Part shown: in pieces, positions 19,334 through 30,342 of the stretch | Position numbering within the stretch: position 1 is the first letter of the stretch | How the letters are laid out: each line of letters opens with the position of its first letter | NCBI GenBank assembly: GCA_963754945.1 | Contig: CAVWIG010000023.1 | Location: 25,585 to 89,584 of the forward strand | Reading direction: 5' to 3' | DNA length: 64,000 bases | DNA from: Methanotrichaceae archaeon | GTDB lineage: Archaea > Halobacteriota > Methanosarcinia > Methanotrichales > Methanotrichaceae | The notes under the pieces: generated by a model | The model's database searches: none | What the model was told of the DNA's origin: nothing | Seen by the model: only the letters and a program-made list of their open reading frames with translations | Program-made: the position numbers and the translations under genes

Positions 19334-20743
19334 CTGTACTTTCCAACTTTTTCGTATATTTATAATATCATCAGATTAAATTAGAATATAAATTTAATAA
19401 AAAAAATAAAAAGTAAGGGTTTTATACTAGGATCAAATTCTCTCTTTTGGGAGTAGAATGATCAAAATAATAAAGGTACCATTACAATTAGAGCCGTTCT
19501 TGAATGAATTTCAGGATCTTTTTACGAAACCGAGTTATGGATCGTTTCGAGATTTGTGTGGAGCGTTAAGCGTGTGTGATAAATCCAAGACCGTTTCCAA
19601 CCTTTGTGATACTATGGCCGAATGTAGGAAAGGAAAAAAAGCACGCTCTTCGTACAATTGGTTCTTTAGCGATGCGAATTGGGACGAGGATGAAGTTGCT
19701 CAACGCAAAGTGGACCTTTTTATTGAGAAATTATGTTTAAAAGAAAATGATAGAATGTTGTTAATAATTGATGACACATACAATGAGAGGGAAGGAACTC
19801 AAACGGAAGGTGTAGGAAAATTTTATGATCATAGTAAAGAAACCTACATTTGGGGTAACAATTTTGTTACCTCTGTTATCCAATCCAAAGGATTATTCAT
19901 ACCACATAAAGCTAAGATGTATATCAAGAATGATGACGAAAATGAGAATTTTAGAACAAAAATGGAGATTGCCTTGGACGAGATCATTGAACCATTAGAA
20001 GTACCAAAAAGCATGGACCTTTATATCGTTTTCGATAGCTGGTGGTTTTCTTCTGATCTCTTTAACAAGTGTCTCAAATTAGGGCATAATATAGTCTGCC
20101 AAATCAAATCTGATAAGAAAATCAGGATAAATAAGGACATGTGTTTTCAGGTTAGAGACTTAGCAAACCAAATTGAGGATAAGTATTTTATTAAGACAAC
20201 TATTAGTGTTCGGGGCAAAAAGAAGACCTACTATGCATTTGAAAAGAAGGTAGTCATAGACAAGGTAGGCGAAGTTAAACTTGTAGTCTCAAAGAGAAAA
20301 AAGGAGAGCACTACAAAATATTTTATAAGCACTAATGAATCGCTTTCGTCGAAAGAAATACTCTCAATTTACGAGGATAGATGGGATATCGAGACGGCCC
20401 ACAGAGAGACAAATCAAAAATTAGGATTCAAAGATTACCAATTAAGAGAAAAACAATCAATTGAAAGATTTATTCAGCTAGTCTTCTCAGTATGGACTGC
20501 GATTCTCTTATGGGAAATAGACAATCCGCCATCTGGGGACGGTTCAAATCCAAGAACTATGGGCGACATGATCGACCTAGTAAAAATGCAAGCATTAGGT
20601 GAAACATTTGAATATGTGCTGATGTATTTTAATACACCCGTACCGGAAGGCGGATTGCTTTATATACTCAGAAGCATGGGATTGAAAATATAATTTGATA
20701 TAATTTAGAAAATATAAATAAAGGAGAAACTTGGAAAGTACAG
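19334..20743 (+). mobile_element. IS701-like (DDE) insertion sequence; transposase 19458..20693
   Basis: TIRs CTGTACTTTCCAA/TTGGAAAGTACAG; 8-bp TSD AATGGATA at 19326-19333 and 20744-20751; IIDDT, FDSWW and RWDIE motifs. Confidence 0.9.
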
Positions 20744-20799
20744 AATGGATAAAGATAAATTATTAACATCGATCAGCAATAAGTACGTGGTGAAGCTCA

Positions 20800-22498
20800 T
20801 TGCCATACCAGACGGAGATCCATACGAAATCTATTAGTAGACAGAGTGAGAACCGCCAGGAGGCTCTTGAACTACTAAAAACCCCATTTTCCAAAAATTT
20901 TGGACAAAGCTCAAGCCTGGCAGGATCTTCACAAGCTAACTCAGGATAAAAACAAGTTCGTTCGATGGAAAGCTGCATATGTTCTGGAAACGGTTTTTGG
21001 CCAAGTTCCTGACAAAGTCCCGGCCTGGCACGATCTCATCAGGCTCGCTCAAGATGAAGACGCTCTCGTGCGATGGGAAGCTGCGGGTGCCCTAGGAAGA
21101 GCTTTCGGCCAAGTCCCTGACAAAGGTCAAGCCTGGCAGGATCTCCAAACGCTAATTCAGGATGAAGACAGTTTCGTGCGAAGGGGAGCTGCAGATGCCC
21201 TGGGAAGGGCTTTCAGTCATGTACTTAACAAAGCTCAAGCCTGGCAGGATCTCCAAACGCTAATTCAGGATGAGGACAATTTCGTACGAATGTATGCTTA
21301 CCACTCCCTGGGACGAGCTTCAGTGCTCAAGGCTACAGAGGCAGATGGAAAAGTGATATTGAGGAAGGAATTAGAAAACGCAGTTGTTTATTTCGAAAAA
21401 TCAACTCAAGAAGTGAGTTTTTTCCACGCCGCCAAGTTTTGCCATCCATTCTATCGCACATACCTTGCTATAACTTTCCAAGAGGCAAAGGAAGATGAAG
21501 TTCAAAGGTACCTTGCTGAAGCTAAAGAAGCTGTAGGTGGCTCCGAGAGCAAATATGAGCTTCTCAAAGCGGTCGAGAACCTTGCCAGGGCCCTTCAGGA
21601 GTCTCAACGTTTGAAGGACAGGTCTTTTCAGGAGGTTGCCAACGAACTAAACGCCTACAGGTGGTACTGCGATAAGGCATCTGAGTATATGATTGCAGCC
21701 GAAGACAAAGCACCTGGAGCTGTCAAGCTGCTCAGAAAATGCAACCCTATTCTTGATGAGAGAATACACGCCATCATTGCCGAGATCCAGGAAAAAGCCT
21801 GGCAGATCTGTCAGATTACTCGTGGCAAGGGTACTGATTATGAATATATTGGTGCCGAGATCAATAAAGCCGCCAAAGTGCTTTCAACCGAGGATATTCA
21901 CAACATCCATAAGAACGTCTCTATAATCACTTCTCAGTTAACCGAGTTATGCAGGATTCTGCCAGATAATACAAAAAAATTGGCTTGTGAAGCTGTCGAT
22001 GGGATTCAGATGGCTGCTGAGTTTCCGGAAAAGCTCGATAAAATGAAAGAGGCCCTTGCATACATCGTACCTGTCACCGAATTATCTCTTCAAGTCAAAG
22101 ATGTCATGAAGGAAATTCAAACGGCGAAAGATGACATCTTAGGTCGTCTCAGCCAAAGCGAGAAAAACACCGTTGAAGCACTACTCAAAGCGCTTGGTGA
22201 GGAATACCAGGATTTGCAGTTCCAAGATCAGATGAAAGAAACACTCGACGCTTTGGTGGAGCTGCTAGTCCAGATAAAGAAGAAAAAAGCCTTAGACTCA
22301 GATCCGACCATGACGGAAAAGGTGAAGAGCACTACTAAAATTATCGAAGATTACAATGTAAATCTCAAACGCAAGATGGAAGTTACCATACCCTTGATAC
22401 CTGTTCTCCTTAACTACAAATGGGAAGTCGAGTTAGAAGGTGGCGATATCAATCTAAGGGCTGCCTGGAACAAGCTGAGGAGCAGCCTTCGCATGTGA
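20800..22498 (+). CDS. HEAT-repeat protein with helical C-terminal domain (5' frameshift near 20893)
   Basis: 39-aa repeats DK.QAWQDL..L.QDED..VR..AA.ALG.AF; the N-terminus (TTG at 20800, PYQTEIH...QEALELLK) is one base out of frame at an A/T run. Confidence 0.8.
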
Positions 22499-22872
22499 AA
22501 ATGCTCGTCGATTTCGGTTTCAGAGAATCTTACATTCTGCCTATAGCAAAGGGTTTCCAGAGCGGAGAAGAGCCAAACAATCTGGAGGCTTTCACATGAT
22601 CAACTGGTTATGGAAACGAGAGGCCAGAAGAGTTCTAGAATGCCCTTCTAAGCGATCAATTTGTCCCAGGATTCAGATCAAGAATAGATAACCTTTTGTG
22701 ATTATCAAGTGAAACGGCGGCTGTGCACCCCGCGGCAGGGCAGTGGAAGCATGCGATTCTTAGCTGATGCGGTTACTGAAAGGTAGATTAGAACTGCCAG
22801 CATCAGAGCCAAAAGTCTCATAGCTTGCTTTAGCAGTGAAGAGAAAACTTTGGGGTTAGGGATAAAAGGCAA

Positions 22873-23505
22873 TCATTTGAGGATGGAGATAAATAATCCA
22901 AGATAAATTACCCCTACAAAAAGTCCAAGAATATAGGATGCAGTAGCCGCTATTAGATATTTTTTAGTATCATCCTCTAGGATAATAAATTCGTTTACTA
23001 ATCCAACCCAGGCGCCTGCCGCAATCGCTTGTTTATGAGCCTCTTCGAACTCGGCATCGAAATTGGCCAAAAGACTTATTGCTTGGCTAGGATCAGATTT
23101 TGCTAGTTTTTGCTTTTCAGAGATCGTCTTAAACCTCGCTGCATATAGCTCTCTATTATAATCGAACTTATAGCTATTATAGTATAGCTTTATCCTAAAA
23201 TAAGCAAATATCGCAGCAGATATGAACAAGAGTACCATGGATAAAACAAATAGCCATTTATTCGGCAATGCGCTTTTTATTACAAATGAAGAGTCATCGA
23301 CGGTATTTATATAACGTGTAGTAAATTTATCGAAATTTCCCACAAACCACAACAAAGTTCCCGCACTTACCGCCAGCCCCCAGTTAACAAATCGCTCGAA
23401 TGATGCTAGGCTCTTTTCCAGCGGGTTTTTTATTTCTAGAAGTCTTGCAACTTCTTTAGAACCATCACCGTTTTGAGGAGATCTCTCTACTTTTCCACCA
23501 GCCAT
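22873..23505 (-). CDS. AT-rich membrane protein (about 3 TM), hypothetical
   Basis: 210 aa ORF with hydrophobic segments and lower GC than its neighbours. Confidence 0.65.
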   Translation of the reverse strand: MAGGKVERSPQNGDGSKEVARLLEIKNPLEKSLASFERFVNWGLAVSAGTLLWFVGNFDKFTTRYINTVDDSSFVIKSALPNKWLFVLSMVLLFISAAIFAYFRIKLYYNSYKFDYNRELYAARFKTISEKQKLAKSDPSQAISLLANFDAEFEEAHKQAIAAGAWVGLVNEFIILEDDTKKYLIAATASYILGLFVGVIYLGLFISILK

Positions 23506-23624
23506 GCTAGATCATCGACCTCCTATTTTAAAAAGATAACTAGCAATTAGAAACAGTCAAACAGCGCACCGCAGCAAGCAGCAGAGTAATGATTTAAAAA
23601 ATATAATATAATCTCCGATAAATT

Positions 23625-24746
23625 TTATCGTAAACGCTCGTATAATGTCGTCCTCTGAACCGCAGTTCTGCCATGATCCTCGATGATGGCCCTCAGCTCA
23701 TCGGGAGATAGGTACTGTGCCTCCTTTGAACCCGCACTCCTGGATATGTTCTCCTCCATCAGCGTCCCTCCAATGTCGTTGACACCCCACTCGATGGCAG
23801 ACCCTGCTACGATTCTCCCTAGCTTAGTCCAGCTTGCCTGGATGTTGGTGATGTAAGGATGTAAGGCAACTCTGGCTAATGCATGCATTTTGAGATGGTG
23901 GAGAATACTTTTGGGCTTCGCCAATGGGCCTAGCGGATTGTTGCCGGACATGAACGGCAAAAGAACAAACTCGGTGAACCCGTGAGTTCTGGCCTGGATC
24001 TCCCTGAGGACCTGAAGGTGCCTGAGGCGGTCTTCCAGGCTCTCGACATGTCCGTAGAGCATAGTCGAGGTTGTTGGTATGCCGAGAGTGTGGGCGGTGG
24101 AGACAATGTGGCACCATTCGCTCGTAGTGAGTTTCCCCGGACATATCTTCTGCCTCACAGAATCAACGAGAATCTCAGCAGCCGTCCCGGGCATGGAGCC
24201 CAGTCCGCTCTTTTTAAGCTCGACCAATGCATCCTCCACAGGTACGCGAGAGTTCCTCGACATGTGGAGAACCTCCATGGGAGAGTAGGCGTGAAGGTGC
24301 ATCCTTGGGTAGCTTTGTCCAATCAGCTCCAGGATATCACAGTAGTCCTCAATGACCATCTCAGGGTCCAACCCACCCTGAAGGCAAATCTCAGTGGCCC
24401 CTATCCGCTCAGCCTCCTCCACACGGCTTAGGATCGCATCTAGAGATAGCTTATAGCCAACATTTTGCCTGAAGGCACAGAAGCTGCAGCTTCCAACGCA
24501 ACGGTTGGTGAAGTTTATGTTCCTGTTGATGACGAACGATACCTCATCGCCACAGCTTTTCTGTCTCATTCGATTTGCCAGACGAAAGAGCCTCACCGGC
24601 TGACTCCAAAGCTTCAGGAGCTCACAGTTATCGATTAGACCCGAATGAGGAGGAGAAGAAGAAGAAGGATTGAGTGATTCAAGGGACTCCAAAAAGGGTT
24701 CATGCAATTCAGAAGATTTTGAAACGCTTGATAGCTTTGATAGCAT
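23625..24746 (-). CDS. cofH: FO synthase subunit 2 (radical SAM)
   Basis: NRNINFTNRCVGSCSFCAF, SMPGTAAEIL, NIQASW.KLG, GGTLMEENISR; the true start may be somewhat downstream. Confidence 0.93.
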   Translation of the reverse strand: MLSKLSSVSKSSELHEPFLESLESLNPSSSSPPHSGLIDNCELLKLWSQPVRLFRLANRMRQKSCGDEVSFVINRNINFTNRCVGSCSFCAFRQNVGYKLSLDAILSRVEEAERIGATEICLQGGLDPEMVIEDYCDILELIGQSYPRMHLHAYSPMEVLHMSRNSRVPVEDALVELKKSGLGSMPGTAAEILVDSVRQKICPGKLTTSEWCHIVSTAHTLGIPTTSTMLYGHVESLEDRLRHLQVLREIQARTHGFTEFVLLPFMSGNNPLGPLAKPKSILHHLKMHALARVALHPYITNIQASWTKLGRIVAGSAIEWGVNDIGGTLMEENISRSAGSKEAQYLSPDELRAIIEDHGRTAVQRTTLYERLR

Positions 24747-25265
24747 TCAAATATCCATCTCCGCATCGTCGCTGATCCTGCGCTCCTTGGGAAGCTGGGA
24801 AACCAGCTTTCCATGAGAGTACAGCCCGCAACCTAGTACGTCCCCATTATAAAATACTACCACATACCCCGGTTCGACGTTTGCTTCAAGGACCTGACTC
24901 TTCCCAGCAAAGAAGATCCCGGATTGCTCCCTATTCAGATGTACAGCGTTCTTGGTGGCATGCCTTCCGAAGACCTGAAGAGCGCAGCTTGTGGGTTTCC
25001 AGGGTTCTTCTTTGAAGTTCATCATCCTGAGACCTATCGCCTCATAACTTAACTTAGGCAGGGCTGTGTCACTAAAGGCCCAGACGTTTTGGGCGCGCCT
25101 ATAGAATGAAAAGCTATCAAAGACCTGCACAGGAATCCCGAACCGCTCTTGCCATAGCCCGGCGATTTTGGAGCGATCCTCCAGTTCAAAGGCTGTCCTA
25201 TTTCTTGACAAGCTTGGCGACAAAAAACCCCCCTGTATCGTTCTGATGAGGATAATACCTGGCAC
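24747..25265 (-). CDS. NOL1/NOP2/Fmu-associated (PUA-like) ribosome biogenesis protein
   Basis: ERFGIP, GLR....WKPT..ALQ.FG..ATKN, LGCG; adjacent to an RsmB-family gene; true start probably near 25210. Confidence 0.75.
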   Translation of the reverse strand: MPGIILIRTIQGGFLSPSLSRNRTAFELEDRSKIAGLWQERFGIPVQVFDSFSFYRRAQNVWAFSDTALPKLSYEAIGLRMMNFKEEPWKPTSCALQVFGRHATKNAVHLNREQSGIFFAGKSQVLEANVEPGYVVVFYNGDVLGCGLYSHGKLVSQLPKERRISDDAEMDI

Positions 25266-26097
25266 AGTGCTTTAATTCATCGCAAAACTCTTTGCCGTTC
25301 CACTCAGTGAGACCTGGACATCCTTTCAGGCCCGGAACCGACGCTTCCTCAAGGCGGACCGTGTCCCGATACTCGCTTAGCACATCGTCAACTACTGCCT
25401 CGTTCTCTTCCGGAGCGTAGGTACAGGTAGAATAGACTATGAGGCCCTCGGACCTTGTTAGCTGGACAGCTCTCTTCAGCAGCCCGATCTGGAGCACCTG
25501 GAGGTCGAGAGATCTCTTTAGACTGCACCTGCTTAGGACCTTCGGGTCCTTTCTGGCCATCCCTTCGCTAGAGCATGGAGCATCCACTAGGACCCGCTCG
25601 AACTGTTGATGAGGAAACCTCCGGCCGTCGTATCTTGTTATGGCCACGTTGATGGCTCCCAACCGCTCGCAGTTTGACCTCAAAGAGGTTACTCTGGCTA
25701 GAGATGGTTCATTAGCTATTACCAGACCACGGTTCTCCGTCGCTTGAGAGATCTGGGTAGTTTTGCTGCCCGGCGCTGCACACAGATCCAGAACCCGATC
25801 ACCCGGCTGAGGGTCTAGCACGATTGGAGGGACCATGGATACCTCTTCCTGGATGTGGATATGTCCCAGCAAGTGCTCGATCATCTTTCCAGGACGCTCA
25901 ACGTTCAATCTAAGGCCCAGAGGATACCAGTCCAGAGATGTGTACTCAACCCCAGATCTATCCAGGCGGTCTAGAAGGCTTGATTTGCTCGTCTTCAGGG
26001 TGTTTATCCGAACCGATGCCGGCAGCGGCCTGTCCAAAATGGACAAGAAGCCATCGAAGTCCGGAATGATCTCCCGGTACCTCTGAAGATGATCCAT
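25198..26097 (-). CDS. RsmB/NOP2-family RNA m5C methyltransferase
   Basis: DLCAAPGSKT, VDAPCSSEG, YSTCT, TGGFFVAK. Confidence 0.93.
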   Translation of the reverse strand: MDHLQRYREIIPDFDGFLSILDRPLPASVRINTLKTSKSSLLDRLDRSGVEYTSLDWYPLGLRLNVERPGKMIEHLLGHIHIQEEVSMVPPIVLDPQPGDRVLDLCAAPGSKTTQISQATENRGLVIANEPSLARVTSLRSNCERLGAINVAITRYDGRRFPHQQFERVLVDAPCSSEGMARKDPKVLSRCSLKRSLDLQVLQIGLLKRAVQLTRSEGLIVYSTCTYAPEENEAVVDDVLSEYRDTVRLEEASVPGLKGCPGLTEWNGKEFCDELKHCARYYPHQNDTGGFFVAKLVKK

Positions 26098-26247
26098 AGT
26101 ACCCGATTGAATGTCGTGCAGAAATATCTTCTCTTTGGCTCACGGATAGACATTCTCCCGTATAAGCAAAAGGATTTAATAGTCGGGAATCAGCAATTTA
26201 GGCGCGAAAAGTCGTTTTCGAGGTTTTTCGCGAAGGACGGTGAAGAT

Positions 26248-26475
26248 TTGTTTAGAAGTGATGGAGGATCTTCCATGGGCGGATCCGATCCAGCTGCTCC
26301 GGTAGAAGCTGGAAAAGAGTACGATGTTGAGATTCAGGACATAGCCCGTGAAGGCGATGGCATTGCTAGAATTGAAGGATTTGTGATCTTCGTACCCGAT
26401 GCAAAAGTCGGTGACAAGACCAAGATCCAAGTCGACAAGGTAATGCGCCGTTTCGCTATTGGCCATAAGGTTTAA
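26248..26475 (+). CDS. Single TRAM-domain protein (cold-shock-like RNA chaperone)
   Basis: APVEAGKEYDVEIQDIAREGDGIARIEGFVIFVP; TTG start after GGTGA. Confidence 0.92.
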   Translation: MFRSDGGSSMGGSDPAAPVEAGKEYDVEIQDIAREGDGIARIEGFVIFVPDAKVGDKTKIQVDKVMRRFAIGHKV

Positions 26476-26504
26476 GACGATTTTCGTGAAGGAAGGTGAA
26501 GGTT

Positions 26505-26723
26505 TTGTTCAGACGTGAAGAGGGCTCCTCCATGGGCCAAGCTGCGCCCGTCGAGGTCGGAAAAGAGTACGATGTCGAGATTCAGGACATAGCCCGTGAA
26601 GGCGATGGCATTGCTAGAATCGAAGGATTTGTGATCTTCGTACCCGAGGCAAAAGTCGGTGACAAGGTCAAGGTTCAGATCGACAGGGTAATGCGGCGCT
26701 TTGCTATTGGTCACAAGATTTGA
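26505..26723 (+). CDS. Single TRAM-domain protein, tandem paralog
   Basis: Near-identical to 26248..26475, including the upstream leader. Confidence 0.92.
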   Translation: MFRREEGSSMGQAAPVEVGKEYDVEIQDIAREGDGIARIEGFVIFVPEAKVGDKVKVQIDRVMRRFAIGHKI

Positions 26724-26797
26724 GCTGAGAAAATTTGTTGCTGCTTTAAGGTTTCTGGTTCTTCGAACCAGGCCCAAAATATTTGTTTACAGCGTTT

Positions 26798-27946
26798 TTA
26801 TAGGTTCTTCAGCACTGCTTCCAGATCTACCAGGAACAGATTGATGTTCTCATGGGTCATGTGCGGCATCAGTATTAACCTGAGCGCCCTATTTGGCTCT
26901 CTGGTCATGGAAACATGCCAACCACGCTTGATAAGCTCCGATCTTACTACGGATGTCGATTTAACCTTGAGAGCAACCACGTTCATTACCGGCTCGATGA
27001 CCGGATTTATGCCAATCTGTTTTGAGCCTGCTACAAGGTGTCTGGTCAGATCCATGCAGTAGCTGACCACTTTCCTGAAACCCGACCTTCCAAGATGAAT
27101 CATGACAGCATAAGTGGCTGCTGCTGCTGCTCCGCTCCTGGTACCTGTGAGCGATGCCTGCCTGGCAACAGTCAAGTAGTGCGTGTCAAGCTCCAAGGCG
27201 TTCATGTCCCTAAACGTCCTGAAGAGCAGGCCGCCTGCAGGTATGGTGCTCATGCCCATCTTGTGAGGGTCAATGGTGATTGAGGATACACCGGCAACAC
27301 GGAAGTCCCATCTGTAATCTCTGTCCAGGAATGGAAGCACAAACCCGCCAAAAGCTGCGTCCACGTGAAGGTGGATCCCTCTATCCTTGGCGATCTTGGC
27401 CAACTCGTCGATGGGGTCAACTTGACCAAACTCTGTTGTACCTGCTATCCCGACCACAGCCACTGTTCGATCGTCCACCAACCGCTCAACGGACGATATG
27501 TCCACGCTGAGATTTTCATCAAGATCGGCCTTGCGAACCTCCAGGTTGAGCAGATCCCCGATTTTGTCGAAGGAGAAATGGGCGGAGGCTGGGACAACTA
27601 CGTTGCCATCTCTCACGCGCGATGCGCTCCTTGCGGCCCTGATGGCCTGGATATTGGACTCAGTGCCGCCGGTGGATATGTATCCCACTGCATCGGGACA
27701 TCCCAGAAGGTCTCCCATAATACTGATTGTCCGGGCTTCCAGCTCGGCTACTCCCGGGAATAGTCCCGGATCGCCAAGGTTGGTCTCCAAAAAGAGGTTG
27801 TGCGCCTTGACCGCGATTGAGTGCGGCCTGGTGCACATGGTGGAGAAGAACCTGTCGTACTGCAGGTCCCGGCCCTTCATATCCTCCAGGATCCTGAGGA
27901 CCTCTTCCTCCGGAATGGAATCCTCAGGAAGAGAATTCTCCATCAA
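26798..27946 (-). CDS. mfnA: L-tyrosine/L-aspartate decarboxylase
   Basis: TNLGDPGLFPG, GGTESN, HVDAAFGG, IDPHK PLP motif. Confidence 0.93.
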   Translation of the reverse strand: MMENSLPEDSIPEEEVLRILEDMKGRDLQYDRFFSTMCTRPHSIAVKAHNLFLETNLGDPGLFPGVAELEARTISIMGDLLGCPDAVGYISTGGTESNIQAIRAARSASRVRDGNVVVPASAHFSFDKIGDLLNLEVRKADLDENLSVDISSVERLVDDRTVAVVGIAGTTEFGQVDPIDELAKIAKDRGIHLHVDAAFGGFVLPFLDRDYRWDFRVAGVSSITIDPHKMGMSTIPAGGLLFRTFRDMNALELDTHYLTVARQASLTGTRSGAAAAATYAVMIHLGRSGFRKVVSYCMDLTRHLVAGSKQIGINPVIEPVMNVVALKVKSTSVVRSELIKRGWHVSMTREPNRALRLILMPHMTHENINLFLVDLEAVLKNL

Positions 27947-30219
27947 CTTTTATCCCTCACCGCCTTCAGCATCAGGATCTTCTCTGCTCGGGCCACTGTC
28001 TCCCTGACAACAGCAACCGCATCGATATTAGCGGATATGCTGGTGATGCCTATCTCGACCAAGCGCTTGGCCATCTCCGGGTAGGATCCAGCCTGTCCGC
28101 AGATGGAGGTCTTGACTCCCGCCTCGTTGCACCTCTCAACGACGTACTCTATCTGCTTGAGTATGGCAGGATGTAGCTCAGTATAAAGTCCGGCTACGTT
28201 TTCGTTGTTCCGATCGACGGCCAGGGTGTACTGGGTCAGGTCGTTGGTCCCGAAGGAGACGAAGTCTAGGCCGTCATCGATGAAGTCTTCGATGGTAAGG
28301 GCCGCTCCTGGAGTCTCCACCATTATCCCCACATCGATCTTCTCCAGGTCCAGGCCTTCGTCGATCATTATGGCCTTGGCAGCCCGCAGCTCGCGGACGT
28401 GCTGAACCATGGGCAGCATTATTCCAACGTTGGTCAACCCTATTTCGTGCAGCTTCTTGAAGGCTCTGACCTCCAACCGGAAATGATCAGTCTCGACCAG
28501 GTCTCTGCGAATGCCGCGCCAGCCAAGCATTGGATTGTGTTCGACCGGCTCGCCCTCGCCGCCCTCCATTGCCCTGAACTCGTCCGTCGGGGCATCGAGA
28601 GTCCTGACCCAGACCGGCCTGGGATAGAATGCATCGGCGACTGTCTTGACGCCCTTGACCAGCTCGTCGATGTACTCCTCGGTCTTGCTGTTCTTTATGT
28701 ACCAGTTGGGGGTCTTGCCTAGGCCGAGGATCATGTGCTCGATTCTGAGCAGCCCGACGCCGTCCGCCAGAGTGGCAGCAGCCGCTTGAGCGCGATCGGG
28801 CTCGCTGATGTTGACCTTGACCTCCGTCGCGGTAATTGGCTTGGACACCATGACGACTGCCCCAGACGCGACCGCCGGTTTGGCCGACTCCGGAGCGGCA
28901 ACGCGGCCCTCGTAGACCATGCCCTTGCTTCCATCGACCGTAACTTCCATACCGTCTTGTAAAACCGAAGTTGCCTTCTTGGTTCCCACAACAGCCGGGC
29001 AGCCCAGCTCTCTGCTGACTATTGCCGCATGACAGGCCATGCCGCCCTCATCGGTGACTATTGCTCCGGCCCGCTTCATTCCGGGAACCATGTCTGGCAT
29101 TGTCATCTTGGTAACCATGATGTCGCCCTGCTTGATCTTGCCCAGATCCTTTCCGGCGGTGATGAGTCTTACGATACCTGTAGCCACGCCGGGGGATGCT
29201 CCCAAGCCCGTTACCAGTATCTTGCCTTTGACGGCTGCTTCCGCAGCAGGCTTTTTACCATTGTTAATCGTTGTTATTGGCCTGGACTGTAGAATGTAGA
29301 TCTTGTTCTTCTCCACGCCCCATTCGATGTCCTGGGGAATTCCATAGTGTTTCTCGAGGATCTCGGCATAGCCAGCAAGTTGGAGAATCTCGTCATCCGT
29401 CAGCACGACTGCCTCTCTCTTTTTAGCCGGGACCTTGATGGTGACAGTCTTCAGGGATTTGGGGTCGCGTAAGATCTGGATCTCCTTGGCAGCGATGAAC
29501 TTGCTCACTATGGTCTTCTTGGTCCTGTCGACAACGTAGTTGTCAGGAGAAACGGACCCGCTGACCACTGACTCGCCTAGACCCCAGGCTGCCTCAATGA
29601 CAACTTGGGGTTCGCCTGTGCTTGGCTGTGAGCTGAACATCACTCCTGACTTCTCAGAGTCAACCATCTTCTGGACGATGGCCGAGAGGTTGACCTTCTC
29701 GTGATCGAAGCCCTGCTCAACCCTGTAGAAAATGGCCCTGGCTCCGTAAAGAGATGCCCAGCACTTCCTGACCGCCTCGAAGACCTGATCCGCTCCGCGC
29801 ATGTTGAGGTAGGTTTCTTGCTGGCCTGCGAAGCTTGCATCGGGAAGGTCCTCTGCTGTTGCGCTAGAACGAACCGCCACGAAAACCTCCCTGCCCTCGC
29901 GCTTAGACAGTTCTTCGTACCGGGAGCGTATGGCCTGTTCGATGTCCTTGGGGACCTTGGCATCCATGATCAGCTTCTTGGCCTCTGCTTCTGCCTTGAG
30001 AAGCTGGGACTGATCGTTGACATCCACCTTTAGAGCATCAAAGAGCTTCTTTGAGATGCCAGAGCGATTGATGAAATCCCTGAAAGCCTGAGCCGTTACG
30101 GCAAAGCCTCCTGGAACTGGCACATCGATGTTGATCATTTCACCGAGGCTTGCGCCCTTCCCTCCAACAGTGGCAAGGTCCTCCTTGCCAACTTCTTCCA
30201 GCCAAACAACAGCGTCCAT
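27943..30219 (-). CDS. ppsA: Phosphoenolpyruvate synthase (pyruvate, water dikinase)
   Basis: VGGKGASLGE, RSSATAEDLPDASFAGQQET, CHAAIVSRELG, FGTNDLTQY. Confidence 0.96.
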   Translation of the reverse strand: MDAVVWLEEVGKEDLATVGGKGASLGEMINIDVPVPGGFAVTAQAFRDFINRSGISKKLFDALKVDVNDQSQLLKAEAEAKKLIMDAKVPKDIEQAIRSRYEELSKREGREVFVAVRSSATAEDLPDASFAGQQETYLNMRGADQVFEAVRKCWASLYGARAIFYRVEQGFDHEKVNLSAIVQKMVDSEKSGVMFSSQPSTGEPQVVIEAAWGLGESVVSGSVSPDNYVVDRTKKTIVSKFIAAKEIQILRDPKSLKTVTIKVPAKKREAVVLTDDEILQLAGYAEILEKHYGIPQDIEWGVEKNKIYILQSRPITTINNGKKPAAEAAVKGKILVTGLGASPGVATGIVRLITAGKDLGKIKQGDIMVTKMTMPDMVPGMKRAGAIVTDEGGMACHAAIVSRELGCPAVVGTKKATSVLQDGMEVTVDGSKGMVYEGRVAAPESAKPAVASGAVVMVSKPITATEVKVNISEPDRAQAAAATLADGVGLLRIEHMILGLGKTPNWYIKNSKTEEYIDELVKGVKTVADAFYPRPVWVRTLDAPTDEFRAMEGGEGEPVEHNPMLGWRGIRRDLVETDHFRLEVRAFKKLHEIGLTNVGIMLPMVQHVRELRAAKAIMIDEGLDLEKIDVGIMVETPGAALTIEDFIDDGLDFVSFGTNDLTQYTLAVDRNNENVAGLYTELHPAILKQIEYVVERCNEAGVKTSICGQAGSYPEMAKRLVEIGITSISANIDAVAVVRETVARAEKILMLKAVRDKS

Positions 30220-30342
30220 TTTGAAACCTCCACCTGACAAGTCTGCCCGACCATCCAGCTATTACAATATATCAAGGTTTCACAGGGTATATAGGATATA
30301 TACAAAAGGATAATATCCGCGCCGGCATTTCCCTGACAGACC

